From contig JBBIVW010000003.1 in NCBI GenBank assembly GCA_037439525.1, positions 124,393-188,392 on the forward strand: 64,000 nt of DNA, given 5' to 3'. The translations under genes were made by a program, and so were the position numbers. Below, in pieces: positions 46,155 to 55,531 of the stretch. The notes under the pieces are model-generated. The model saw only the letters and a list, made by a program, of their open reading frames with translations, ran no database searches and was not told the origin of the DNA. This DNA comes from Anaerolineae bacterium (GTDB lineage Bacteria > Chloroflexota > Anaerolineae > Anaerolineales > UBA4823). Within the stretch, counting starts at the first letter, position 1; every line of letters begins with the position of its first letter.

Positions 46155-46622
46155 TCAATCTTCAGGGTAAACTTTCCAACCCAACTGTTCCAAATCCACA
46201 GCTTTGAGCGCTTCACCAGGCACATCCACCAGCAAAGCCTGCGCTTCAGCCAAAAGGCGGCCCTCCTGATCGTAGAGCGCACTCGTCGCCGAGGCAAGGC
46301 TGCGTTTGCTTTCCAAGGCGCGTCCTACCAGACGAATGGGTTGGCCAATGGGCACATGCTTCCGATAACGCACCTCCAGGCGCGCCGTGTACATGAACCG
46401 GGGGGCACCGCCGCTCATCCAGGCGCGGCCTGCAGCCTCGTCGAGCATGGCGGCAACGATACCTCCGTGCGCGACCCCAGGGTATCCCTGATATTCTTCG
46501 CTCAACACGGTTTCGGCGATCACCTCGCCTTCCGTAGTCTGATAAAAGCGCAAGCGTAGCCCAAAGCGATTCCCCATGCCACAAACAAAACAGCTTTTTG
46601 AATTGGGTTGCAATGTACGCAA
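46155..46622 (-). CDS. PaaI-family hotdog-fold thioesterase
   Basis: CFVCG...GVAHGGIVAAMLDEAAG block; 155 aa. Confidence 0.8.
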   Translation of the reverse strand: MRTLQPNSKSCFVCGMGNRFGLRLRFYQTTEGEVIAETVLSEEYQGYPGVAHGGIVAAMLDEAAGRAWMSGGAPRFMYTARLEVRYRKHVPIGQPIRLVGRALESKRSLASATSALYDQEGRLLAEAQALLVDVPGEALKAVDLEQLGWKVYPED

Positions 46623-46810
46623 GATGGCTCCTTTTTATGTTCTAAATTATACCCAAGCAGCCGGGTTTATACGACGCGCTTCAAAGTACCACAAGATGCT
46701 CAATTGGCTGCCTTTAATCCAATACGCCTCCAATTCGAGTATAATTTTTTATTCGCAGGAGAATTCAAGAACCAGGAAGGAGGTTTGCGGCAGAGAAGAA
46801 CTCGGGAAAG

Positions 46811-47010
46811 ATAGCGCATGGACTGGAGCAGGAACCTCCAGTTGACGAGGATGAGGGTTCCTGCCCGCAAGGGCAGGTTTACCGGACCATCGACAGGCTG
46901 CCCGCCTGGAGACCGGGAAAATCGAAGGATCAGCGGAAGCCCTCCGGGTGCGCACACCGCCCGACATCTTTCCCTCCACGAGAAATCCCGCCTAAACGCC
47001 ACAACGGCAA
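46811..47010 (+). ncRNA. glmS ribozyme/riboswitch-like leader (boundaries approximate)
   Basis: It lies upstream of glmS. There is an AT-A/GCGC cleavage-site-like start. An ACTGGAG/CTCCAGT hairpin has a GGAACC loop that can pair with a downstream GGTTCC (pseudoknot). The conserved-looking strings TGACGAGGATGAGG and ATCGAAGGATCAGCGGAAGCCCTCCGGGTG resemble the Bacillus core (GACGAGGAUG; AUCGAA..CGGCGGAUGCCUCCCGGCUG) as I recall it. Confidence 0.6.
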
Positions 47011-47126
47011 CGTTGCGGACAAAAAGCCGGGAAGTGTGCGGATAATCCGAACCGCCTCTGTGAAAGACAGGCTCTATGCCATCAAACGCGGAGACGGGAG
47101 GGAGACTCTTTTTGGAGGGATGCTCT

Positions 47127-48971
47127 ATGTGTGGAATAGTTGGCTATATTGGGCCGCGTCAAGCTACGCCCATCATCCTGAATGGCTTGAAGCGACTGGA
47201 ATACCGCGGCTACGACTCGGCTGGACTGGCAGTGTTGCAGGATGGCAGAATCGAGATTCGCCGCGAAGCGGGAAAGTTATCCCGACTGGAAGCACTGGTG
47301 CAAGCTCAGCCCCTAAGCGGAACAGCCGGTATTGGTCATACGCGTTGGGCCACCCATGGCGCGCCCAGCGCGCGCAATGCCCATCCACATATCGGCATGA
47401 CCGGCGAAGTGGTCATCGTGCACAATGGCATCGTCGAGAACTTCCTCGAATTGCGAGAAGAGCTCAGCGCGGAAGGGGTATCTTTCAATTCGGATACGGA
47501 TACCGAAGTCATTGTCCACCTGGTAGAGCGATACTTATCAGCAGATACATCTTTCGCAGAAGCCGCTCGTCTGGCATTGAAGCAGCTAAAGGGAGCACAC
47601 GGCATCGTCATGCTCTCCACGCGCGAGCCCGACAAGATCATCGCCGCACGCTTGGGTAACGCTGGCGGAGTGGTCATTGGCCTCGGTCAGGGAGAGACCT
47701 TCATCGCCTCGGATCTGCCTGCCATTTTGGAGCACACCCGCGAGGTGGTCTTTCTAGAATCGCGACAGATGGCCGTGGTCACCAGAGAGGGCGCACAGGT
47801 GCAGACCCTTGATGGGGTCGAGGTGGCAGCCGAAAGTCAACACGTGCCATGGGATCCAATATCCGCTGAAAAAGGGGAATATCGCCATTTCATGGCAAAG
47901 GAAATCCACGAGCAGGTGCGTTCGCTGACCGATACCATCGCCGGGCGCGTGGATCTGGAAAATGGACAGAACATCCGCTTACCGGAGTTGAACCTGACGG
48001 CTGAGTTCGCCCGCCGCATTAAAAAGATTTTCATCACCGCCTGCGGCACCGCTGCCCACGCCGGCATGGTGGGAAAAATGCTCATCGAACGCCTCGCCCG
48101 CCTGCCTACAGAAATGGAAATTGCCTCTGAGTTCCGCTATCGCGAGGCGATTATCGAAGCGGATACGGTATTGCTGGCGATCAGTCAGTCTGGGGAGACG
48201 GCGGACACACTGGCGGCCATGGAAGAAGGGCGGCGCAAAGGTGCAACGCTATGGTCGATCGTCAATGTCATTGGCTCGCAAGCCATGCGCCTGGCGGATG
48301 GCTATATCTCCATGCAGAGCGGGCCGGAGATCGGTGTGGCTTCCACCAAGGCTTACACGGCTCCACTGGTGGACCTTTATATGCTTGCCATCCTGCTGGG
48401 AGACCTGCGCGGCACGTTAACCCAGGTGCAAAAGCATAAGCTCATCGCCGACCTGCGCCTGATTCCCGACTTGGTAGGCCAGTGCCTGGATCGCGAGAGC
48501 GAGGTCGAAAAAGTGGCGCGCGCCCTATTGAACGTGCGCCATTGCCTGTACCTTGGGCGCGGCATCAATATGCCTACTGCGTATGAAGGCGCGCTCAAGC
48601 TCAAAGAGATTTCTTATATCCACGCCGAAGGTTACCCGGCGGGTGAGATGAAGCACGGACCGATCGCACTCATCGATCGGGAAATGCCGGTGGTGGTCAT
48701 CGCGCCGCGCGACCCGTGGTACGATAAGATGTTCAATCAGGTAGAACAGGCGAAAGCGCGAGGCGGGATCGTCATCGCCGTGGCTACGGATGGAGATGTG
48801 CGCCTGGCGGAAGTTGCCGACCACGTCCTCTGGATACCCGAAACACCATGGATGCTCAGCCCAGTAACAGCAGTGATTCCCCTGCAGTTGCTGGCATACC
48901 ACATAGCGGCGCTCAAAGGGCTGGATGTGGACCAGCCACGCAACCTGGCAAAGAGCGTCACCGTTGAGTGA
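47127..48971 (+). CDS. glmS: glutamine--fructose-6-phosphate aminotransferase (isomerizing)
   Basis: MCGIVGYIG N-terminal Cys nucleophile, two SIS domains, and the C-terminal LAKSVTVE. The ATG is at 47127. Confidence 0.95.
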   Translation: MCGIVGYIGPRQATPIILNGLKRLEYRGYDSAGLAVLQDGRIEIRREAGKLSRLEALVQAQPLSGTAGIGHTRWATHGAPSARNAHPHIGMTGEVVIVHNGIVENFLELREELSAEGVSFNSDTDTEVIVHLVERYLSADTSFAEAARLALKQLKGAHGIVMLSTREPDKIIAARLGNAGGVVIGLGQGETFIASDLPAILEHTREVVFLESRQMAVVTREGAQVQTLDGVEVAAESQHVPWDPISAEKGEYRHFMAKEIHEQVRSLTDTIAGRVDLENGQNIRLPELNLTAEFARRIKKIFITACGTAAHAGMVGKMLIERLARLPTEMEIASEFRYREAIIEADTVLLAISQSGETADTLAAMEEGRRKGATLWSIVNVIGSQAMRLADGYISMQSGPEIGVASTKAYTAPLVDLYMLAILLGDLRGTLTQVQKHKLIADLRLIPDLVGQCLDRESEVEKVARALLNVRHCLYLGRGINMPTAYEGALKLKEISYIHAEGYPAGEMKHGPIALIDREMPVVVIAPRDPWYDKMFNQVEQAKARGGIVIAVATDGDVRLAEVADHVLWIPETPWMLSPVTAVIPLQLLAYHIAALKGLDVDQPRNLAKSVTVE

Positions 48972-49127
48972 AAATTCCATGGAAATTTAAGATTATACGT
49001 TCGTTTATCTGGTATAATGAACTTAATGTACAGGGTGACGACGTATGTACGTCTCCTTTTTCCATCCTCTGAACAGACCTATCATAAGTTTCAGAGGAAC
49101 TTGAAGTAAAGTGGAAAGGAACAAACC

Positions 49128-49682
49128 ATGGGTGAAAATGAAGATAAAAACTTACTTGAAAAAGCCCTCGACGCGCTGACATCAAAAGATGAAGAAGAGG
49201 CATTGGCTGAGGCATTGAAAGAATTAGAGGAACTAAAAAAAGCTCTTGCACAAGCCAACTCTGATGCCGCGAAAGCCAAAGCGCAGGCTGCGCTGCAAAC
49301 CGCCCAAGCAAAAGCCGAAGCACTGAAAGCCCTACAGGCGGCAGAAAAACGCGCCGCGGAAGCTGAAGCGCGCGTCAAACAATTGGAAGCGCAAATCGCC
49401 AGAATCAAGTGGATGGAAGAACAGCGCGCCGCGGCTCTTGAGCGCCAGAGGCGTATAGAAGAGCAGCGAGCAGCTGCGCAGCCGAAATTTATCGCTGAGC
49501 ATACCCTCACCTCGGAAGAGACTCTGAGCCACCTGGCGCTCAAATACTACGGCCATGCCACAAAACCTTACTGGATGGTGATCTACGAAGCCAATAAGGA
49601 GCTCATTGGAGATAATCCTAACCGAGTGCGCAAAGGCATGGTGATCAAAATCCCTGAACTCCCTAAAGATTTTAAAGGCTAA
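49128..49682 (+). CDS. coiled-coil protein with C-terminal LysM domain
   Basis: An Ala/Glu/Lys-rich heptad-like N-terminal region is followed by HTLTSEETLSHLALKYYG...GMVIKIPEL (LysM). Confidence 0.7.
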   Translation: MGENEDKNLLEKALDALTSKDEEEALAEALKELEELKKALAQANSDAAKAKAQAALQTAQAKAEALKALQAAEKRAAEAEARVKQLEAQIARIKWMEEQRAAALERQRRIEEQRAAAQPKFIAEHTLTSEETLSHLALKYYGHATKPYWMVIYEANKELIGDNPNRVRKGMVIKIPELPKDFKG

Positions 49683-49699
49683 ATTGAGAAGGAAATTCA

Positions 49700-50341
49700 A
49701 TGTCACAAGGTCTCGATTTATCCTCTCTATTTCAGGCTGTAACGAAGACGTTATCACAAAACAAAGAATCGCTCAACCAAGCAGATGAATACAACCACGA
49801 CCATGGCGACAACATGGTGGAAATCTTTCGCGTGATCACCGAAGCCATGGAAACCAAACGCGGTGCCGACCCGGCGGATCAACTGGCTTATGCCAGCGAA
49901 TTGCTGAGATCTCGTACAAAGAGTGGTTCAGCAGAGATGTATGCCCAAGGGTTATCTCGGGCTGCCCAAGAATTTCAAGGCCGGAAGGACGTTACACCTG
50001 AGGCGATCCCCAGCCTTATCCAGGCAATGCTCGGCACACAACAGCCTGCTCAAAAACAGAGCCAGCCTTCCAGCGGAGACTTACTTGGTTCACTGCTCGG
50101 CAGCTTAGTCGGATCCCAAACACAACAACCTCAGCAAGATGAAGGTTTGGACCTGGGCGACTTGTTAAACGCTGGGATGGCTTTCTTGAGCGCCAAACAA
50201 CAAGGTGGCGATAACTTGGAAGCGCTGATAAATGCCATAAGCTCATCCACCCAAACTGGTCAACGTCCCTATAGGGCTCAGTCTGGTGCGCTCGTGGCGA
50301 ACACATTGCTCCAGTTGATCTCTAGGATGGGTAACCGCTAG
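49700..50341 (+). CDS. hypothetical protein with DAK2-like N-terminal motif and Gln/Ser-rich linker
   Basis: ADEYNHDHGDNMV resembles the DAK2 DxxxGDGDxGxNM motif. The family assignment is weak. Confidence 0.45.
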   Translation: MSQGLDLSSLFQAVTKTLSQNKESLNQADEYNHDHGDNMVEIFRVITEAMETKRGADPADQLAYASELLRSRTKSGSAEMYAQGLSRAAQEFQGRKDVTPEAIPSLIQAMLGTQQPAQKQSQPSSGDLLGSLLGSLVGSQTQQPQQDEGLDLGDLLNAGMAFLSAKQQGGDNLEALINAISSSTQTGQRPYRAQSGALVANTLLQLISRMGNR

Positions 50342-50361
50342 ATTTTCCCCAAATTCAAGCA

Positions 50362-50402
50362 AAAAGCCGGTGAGAAGGCAAAACCCTTTCACCGGTTTTT
50401 TT
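50362..50402. terminator. bidirectional intrinsic terminator between convergent genes
   Basis: AAAAAG-CCGGTGA (50367-50373), a 15-nt loop, then TCACCGG (50389-50395) followed by T7. The A-run on the other side serves the minus-strand gene. Confidence 0.65.
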
Positions 50403-51009
50403 AACTCTGATTGAACCACTTCAAAGGGTTGATGTTCTTACCTTTCATTTTGTCATAGATATTGATATGGGTGTGATACCCGCAATCGCGCCCTGCGCAT
50501 GAGCGCCCATTGAGGTCATAAGTGAGTCCCTGGTTGCTTTCCGCGCCAATCACCTGACCCTGCTCTACCTGCTCACCAACTTGCACAGTAAAGTTGCCGT
50601 GCAGCAGAGTGACGCGATAGCGCTCATTTTCGATCACCAGGATGGTGTTGCCATAAACATCGACCTGATTTTGGGTGACCACACCGCGGATGGGTGAGAG
50701 GATTGGCGCTCCCTTTCCTGCCGAGAGGTCCACGGCGCGATGACCATATTCAAAGCCATGCAACCCTTGAGTAACGGTGAAATGTGCGTAGGGAGGTAGG
50801 ATGTCTGGGGATGTGTCGCCCGGGGATAGATCGCCGTTTCCGGTTTGTAGCTGTTCCATGGGTGGCTTTGATTCGGCAGGTGTGACAATCATACCGACCG
50901 AATCCCCTGTCGGGTAGGGAGAAGCTGGCACGCCATCGCGCAGCAACTGTGCCAACATAAAGCCACCAAAAACCATCGATACCAAGAACAGACTATCGAT
51001 CTTCATCAT
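50401..51009 (-). CDS. secreted M23 family metallopeptidase
   Basis: N-terminal TM/signal segment, then HRAVDLSA and the GYHTHINIYD (HxH) motif. Confidence 0.85.
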   Translation of the reverse strand: MMKIDSLFLVSMVFGGFMLAQLLRDGVPASPYPTGDSVGMIVTPAESKPPMEQLQTGNGDLSPGDTSPDILPPYAHFTVTQGLHGFEYGHRAVDLSAGKGAPILSPIRGVVTQNQVDVYGNTILVIENERYRVTLLHGNFTVQVGEQVEQGQVIGAESNQGLTYDLNGRSCAGRDCGYHTHINIYDKMKGKNINPLKWFNQS

Positions 51010-51311
51010 GACAATATATTCTCTTTATTAATTCACGTGTAGAAATAATTGGAGCAACGCTCTGCTCCAGTAAAGAGGTGAAAGTACCGCTCGCTTCTAA
51101 TATATCGAACATATGTTTCAATATTGTAACACATATTCGCTATGGATGCAGAGGATTTTTCTATCGATAGCAAAGTAGCCCAACCAATTCTCGGGTGCAT
51201 CTGAAGTGTCGAACTCCCCCTGGCTTGCTATTTACTTGTGGTCACAACAGCCAATCGCTACCCCTGGATGCGTTCGGCCCCCCTGGCAATAACCAGAGCT
51301 AGAGCTTAAGG

Positions 51312-52310
51312 CTACGCCTGAGCAAAGGTGTCGATGAGCAGCTTGGGGTCACCACCCACAGGATACAGGATTGGGCATGTGCAACCATGACGGCGATATT
51401 CTTCCACCTTCGCCCAAGCCTCGGAAGGCGTTCCCGATGCGGTAATGCGCTCAATCAAAGAGTCCGGCACAAGATGTTTGGCGCGTTGAATTTGCTCTTT
51501 TGTAGCGGGCCACCCCAAGATAGACTGAATCTCTGCCACGACCTGGGGCGAGACACCCGAAGCTTTGGCGATATGCGGCTGTTGCGCCAGGTATTGGGTA
51601 AGCAATTCGCGGGTCGAATCGAAGGCGCGATCGTGATCCTCATCCACTGAACAGACCACCAACTGCGGTCGGTCGAGGTCTTCGAGATAACGACCCGACT
51701 TGCGGGCGCCGAGAGCCAAAAGCTCCAAGGCGCGATCGTTGTATTCGGGTGGTACACAATAGTTGAGAACGACGCCATCTGCGATCTCACCGGTCAGCTC
51801 TAGCATCTTCTCTCCGGTAGCGCCGATCATAATGGGGACATGCCGCGGTTCGCGGCGCCCATGGACGACATCCAATTCAATGCCTTCAACGTGATGGAAC
51901 TCCCCATGGAAGGTGACGCGTTCCATGTTGAGCAAGCGCCGCAAAACCTCCACTGTCTCACGCATGGCGGTGAGCGGGTTACGCCGCTCGATGCCGACGT
52001 TGCGCGCTAAGGGATCCCACCACGCGCCGATACCGCAAATGATGCGGTTGGGCGCCAGATCGTCTAGGGTGAGAAATGTCGCGGCAAGCAAGCCGATGTT
52101 ACGCGTCCAATTGTTGATCACACCTGAGCCGACTTTGATTTTCTCGGTCACAGCAGCATAGGCAGCCATAGGGACGATGGCATCCCGCACCAGGCGAGAC
52201 TCTGCCTGCCAGACGGCCTCGAAGCCGCGCTGTTCAGCATAGCGCACATACTCCAATCCATCCCGTAAATCGTGTGCATCCTGCAAATAAAGGGCAACGC
52301 GTTCACTCAT
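51312..52310 (-). CDS. luciferase-like (LLM class) flavin/F420-dependent oxidoreductase
   Basis: 332-aa TIM-barrel LLM signature blocks (GFEAVWQAE...; GIGAWW). F420 dependence is inferred from the adjacent cof genes. Confidence 0.75.
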   Translation of the reverse strand: MSERVALYLQDAHDLRDGLEYVRYAEQRGFEAVWQAESRLVRDAIVPMAAYAAVTEKIKVGSGVINNWTRNIGLLAATFLTLDDLAPNRIICGIGAWWDPLARNVGIERRNPLTAMRETVEVLRRLLNMERVTFHGEFHHVEGIELDVVHGRREPRHVPIMIGATGEKMLELTGEIADGVVLNYCVPPEYNDRALELLALGARKSGRYLEDLDRPQLVVCSVDEDHDRAFDSTRELLTQYLAQQPHIAKASGVSPQVVAEIQSILGWPATKEQIQRAKHLVPDSLIERITASGTPSEAWAKVEEYRRHGCTCPILYPVGGDPKLLIDTFAQA

Positions 52311-52392
52311 CTTACCTCCATTTCACCTTAGGGTAATAAAAATGCTCTTCATCAGGGACGTAGAAGCGTCCCGCAAACCTACTATCGGGCAT

Positions 52393-53013
52393 TTAGAAGA
52401 AGCCTTCCAGAGTCTGAGAGACCAGAGCCAAATCCTCTGGCAGGTCCATGTCTAAAGCCAGAGAAGGTAACTCACAGATTTCAAGGCGCGCGCCTGCCTG
52501 GCGTGCGCTTTCACAGTGCTTTCGAAACGAGTCTGGACCAAACTCATAGGTGATCAACCCCGCGGGGCAGACCAGCAAGGCATTCGTGCCGCGATGGCGA
52601 TGGTCTGGGGCAACCACAACTACAGGGGGCTGCGTTGCCCTGGCGAGCATGGCGCGTATATCCTCAGGGGTGAGGAGCGGTAAATCTGCCGGTACGATCA
52701 ACACGCCGCGCGTGGTATGCGTTTGAGCGATCACCGTCGCTCTGGTAAGCGCCAGGTTGAGCTGCGGGGCGCCCATCTCCTGAACGGTGCGCGCCCCATA
52801 CTGGCGCGCCAGGGCTAAAGCAGCCTGGTCGCGGCTTACCACGAGGATATGCTCGATCTCGCTTACCGCATCCAGCGTAGCCAGGGTGTGCGCCAGCAGG
52901 CGGCGATTCATATCGGCGCGCTCTTCTGCGGTTAGCACCTCAGCCAATCGAGATTTCCCCAACGACAGGGGCTTCACCGGCACAATCGCCCATAACGCCA
53001 TGCGTTCAATCAA
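52393..53013 (-). CDS. cofC: 2-phospho-L-lactate (or PEP) guanylyltransferase
   Basis: WAIVPVKPLSLGKSRL...ERADMNRRLLAHTL is the typical CofC/FbiD N-terminus; 206 aa. Confidence 0.8.
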   Translation of the reverse strand: MIERMALWAIVPVKPLSLGKSRLAEVLTAEERADMNRRLLAHTLATLDAVSEIEHILVVSRDQAALALARQYGARTVQEMGAPQLNLALTRATVIAQTHTTRGVLIVPADLPLLTPEDIRAMLARATQPPVVVVAPDHRHRGTNALLVCPAGLITYEFGPDSFRKHCESARQAGARLEICELPSLALDMDLPEDLALVSQTLEGFF

Positions 53014-53078
53014 TTCCTTTCACCAAAGGTTTTTGAAAATCAACTCACAGATTTTAACCCATCGAACAACACAAGTGC

Positions 53079-54041
53079 CTACCAGGTGGTAACAAAATCC
53101 AATATTTCTCGCGCCAGGCGTTCTCGATCGGCGAGCGAGGTCATCAGGGTATCGGTGACTAAAACTTCAAGTCCTAAACGGCGAATTTCCGCGGTTTGCG
53201 CCTTGTCCTGCCGGTCGAGCACAAAACCTCGTAGCCAAGGCTGGTAGTGTTGAGCCACAGCGAGGGCGCTGGGCTGCACACCGAGCTCTGCAAACATCTT
53301 GGCAGCAGGTCCTTTAACCGCCTGCCCCGCGATAATTGGCGATACCGCCACCACAGGTTTGCCTGCCAACCCTGCGCGCACCCCTGGCACAGCCAGGATC
53401 GGGTCGATGCTTACCCACGGATTCGAGGGACAGATCACAACCACATGCGCGGCTTCCAGAGCAGTGAGCACACCCGGCGCCGGACGGGCGCAGGCGTGGT
53501 TCTCGAACACAAACCCCTTGACGCGCGGTTGACATTGGCGCAGGACAAAATACTCCTGGAATGGAAGCAGCCCCTCATCGGTATCCACCTGGGTGGGAAT
53601 AGCCTCGTCGCTCATCGGCAGGACGCATGCCTGAATGCCCAAGGCGCGGCAGAAACTTTGGGTCACCTGGCTGAGGCGTTCACCAGTCGCCAGGCGTCGC
53701 GTGCGTTCCAGATGCAGGCCCAGGTCACGGTCCCCTAAACGAAACCAGCCTGGACCTCCCAATGAAACAACGGTCTCCAGAGCATGCCAGCTCTCTTCCG
53801 CGCGCCCCCAGCCGGTGGCAGGGTTGGCAATCCCCGCCAGGGTGTAGCATACGGTATCCAAATCGGGGCAGATATACAACCCCAGATGCGTGAAATCATC
53901 TCCGGTGTTCACGATGACGGTCAGCGCCTCAGGGGGCAGCACTCTGTTCAGACCATCCACAAGCTTGGCGCCTCCCACACCTCCAGCCAGCGCCACCAGG
54001 CGGTCAACCTTCACTGCGCCTTCTCCTTTTTTTTCCCTCAT
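53079..54041 (-). CDS. cofD: 2-phospho-L-lactate transferase
   Basis: LAGGVGGAKLVDGL and NTGDDF motifs; 320 aa. Confidence 0.9.
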   Translation of the reverse strand: MREKKGEGAVKVDRLVALAGGVGGAKLVDGLNRVLPPEALTVIVNTGDDFTHLGLYICPDLDTVCYTLAGIANPATGWGRAEESWHALETVVSLGGPGWFRLGDRDLGLHLERTRRLATGERLSQVTQSFCRALGIQACVLPMSDEAIPTQVDTDEGLLPFQEYFVLRQCQPRVKGFVFENHACARPAPGVLTALEAAHVVVICPSNPWVSIDPILAVPGVRAGLAGKPVVAVSPIIAGQAVKGPAAKMFAELGVQPSALAVAQHYQPWLRGFVLDRQDKAQTAEIRRLGLEVLVTDTLMTSLADRERLAREILDFVTTW

Positions 54042-54044
54042 GTC

Positions 54045-54830
54045 TCAACGAAACAAATCGAGTTCTTTTGGCCGCAGAAGCTCTTGCAAGCTGCCTTCTC
54101 GCAGAGGATACGGGAAGCCGCGCACATGTACTACTGGGGTGCCTTCGGCTGCCTGCCCCATGACCAAAGAGGCAGCCGCGGCAAGTTCATCTGCCGCGCC
54201 AACTTGAGTGATCTGCAGGCGGAAACCACACAAATCCGGAACGCCGCGCAAATCCACCAGGCCGGGCAAGCCGGATATCCCGATGGCGACACCTACTGTA
54301 CCCAGGCGCCAGGCGCGACCATGAGAATCGATGATCAGCACTCCCAACTTGCATCCGTATTTTGCCTCCAGGCGTTGACGGAGGCGTTGCGCCGAGGCAT
54401 CCGGGTCTTCGGGGAGGAGCAACACCCATTCCTCTGCTTGATCGTCATCGGGTGGGACATTGGAATGGTCCACTCCGGCGCTGGCACATATAAAGCCCAG
54501 GCGATGTTGGACGATCATCACCCCGGGGCGTGTACGCAGCACTTCGCTGCTCTCCCTCAAGATCAGTTCCACCAAGCGAGGGTCCTTGCCCGTTTCCTGA
54601 GCATAGCGCCTTGCCTGGTCGGAGGGATGGACCTCTCGCAGGTTCATTTTGCGCCCCTCCGCTTTTGAGACGACCTTTTGAGTGACAACCAGGATGTCTC
54701 CTTGTTCCAGAACGATGGCGTTGAAATCCAATGCCTGGGCGATAAGCTCGGCAAGATCGTCTCCTGCATGAACCAGGGGAAAGCCCTGAAGGGGCGTCAG
54801 ACACAAACGTCTGGCATTTTGGTCGGGCAT
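54045..54830 (-). CDS. cofE: coenzyme F420-0:L-glutamate ligase
   Basis: [17 protein letters not shown] and downstream Gly-rich blocks. It is a single-domain form of 261 aa with no nitroreductase fusion. Confidence 0.85.
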   Translation of the reverse strand: MPDQNARRLCLTPLQGFPLVHAGDDLAELIAQALDFNAIVLEQGDILVVTQKVVSKAEGRKMNLREVHPSDQARRYAQETGKDPRLVELILRESSEVLRTRPGVMIVQHRLGFICASAGVDHSNVPPDDDQAEEWVLLLPEDPDASAQRLRQRLEAKYGCKLGVLIIDSHGRAWRLGTVGVAIGISGLPGLVDLRGVPDLCGFRLQITQVGAADELAAAASLVMGQAAEGTPVVHVRGFPYPLREGSLQELLRPKELDLFR

Positions 54831-54844
54831 GGCGCGTTCTGCTT

Positions 54845-55531
54845 CTACCCCAAGGAGGGTGAAAGCCCTGAAATGTGCAGGGCAGCGGTTTTCACTTTAT
54901 AGTGCTTATTGATGCTGATCAGCAAAGCGGTCAACCCTTCGACGACGATGGCGTTATCCAAACCGCCCGCGTAAAACGCCTGCATGCCGGCGGCTTTCGT
55001 CAAGTCGATCACTTGAGCGGCAGCTTCCAGGTCATCGGCGCACACGAGTACATCTACATCCAGGGGGGTAGCCGGGTCCTGGCGCAAGACATGGGCTGGC
55101 ACGGTTTGAAAGGCAGCCACGACGCGCGCCTCCTCACCCAAGAAATTCTGCGCCAAACGAGCTGCTGATGGGGGCGGCGGAGGTAGCGGCTGCCGAAAGT
55201 CAACCCGCGCCGTGGCATCCACAAGCACTTTCCCTTGTAAACACCCGCGCAGCACCTCGAGCGCCGCTTGATGAGCAGTGTACACTACGGTCAAAACGCA
55301 TATATCCGCTTGCCGCGCCGCCTCCTGATTTTCCAGGCCCATGATGGTATCGAGATGCAGCAATGTATTCAGTTCATTCGCCGTGGCTACCGCTTTTTCT
55401 AACTGGCGCGAGCCGATGATGACTGAATAACCCGCATAAGCCCAGCGCATGGCTAAGCCAGGGCCTTCCTTGCCTGTGCCTCCCAAAATCGCGATCCTGG
55501 GCTTTGATGAATTTGCAGATTGCATGATCAC
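54845..55531 (-). CDS. NADPH-dependent F420 reductase (Fno/Npd family)
   Basis: IAILGGTGKEGPGLAMRWAYAGYSVIIGSR Rossmann N-terminus; 228 aa. Confidence 0.8.
   Translation of the reverse strand: MIMQSANSSKPRIAILGGTGKEGPGLAMRWAYAGYSVIIGSRQLEKAVATANELNTLLHLDTIMGLENQEAARQADICVLTVVYTAHQAALEVLRGCLQGKVLVDATARVDFRQPLPPPPPSAARLAQNFLGEEARVVAAFQTVPAHVLRQDPATPLDVDVLVCADDLEAAAQVIDLTKAAGMQAFYAGGLDNAIVVEGLTALLISINKHYKVKTAALHISGLSPSLG

Noticed and set aside
47036-47659. 207-aa plus-strand ORF, plus the smaller ORFs at 46700-47045
   Set aside because: They are out of frame with glmS, which has an unmistakable MCGIVGY start at 47127. They also sit on the glmS ribozyme-like leader.
49091-49543. 150-aa minus-strand Ala/Ser/Cys-rich ORF
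   Set aside because: It is the antisense reading of the Ala/Glu/Lys coiled-coil region of the LysM protein gene. Low-complexity mirror ORFs are expected there.
53784-54668. 294-aa plus-strand ORF
   Set aside because: It lies entirely antisense to cofD and cofE, which have clear family motifs. It is Arg/Gly/His-rich with low-complexity composition and no recognisable motif or RBS.
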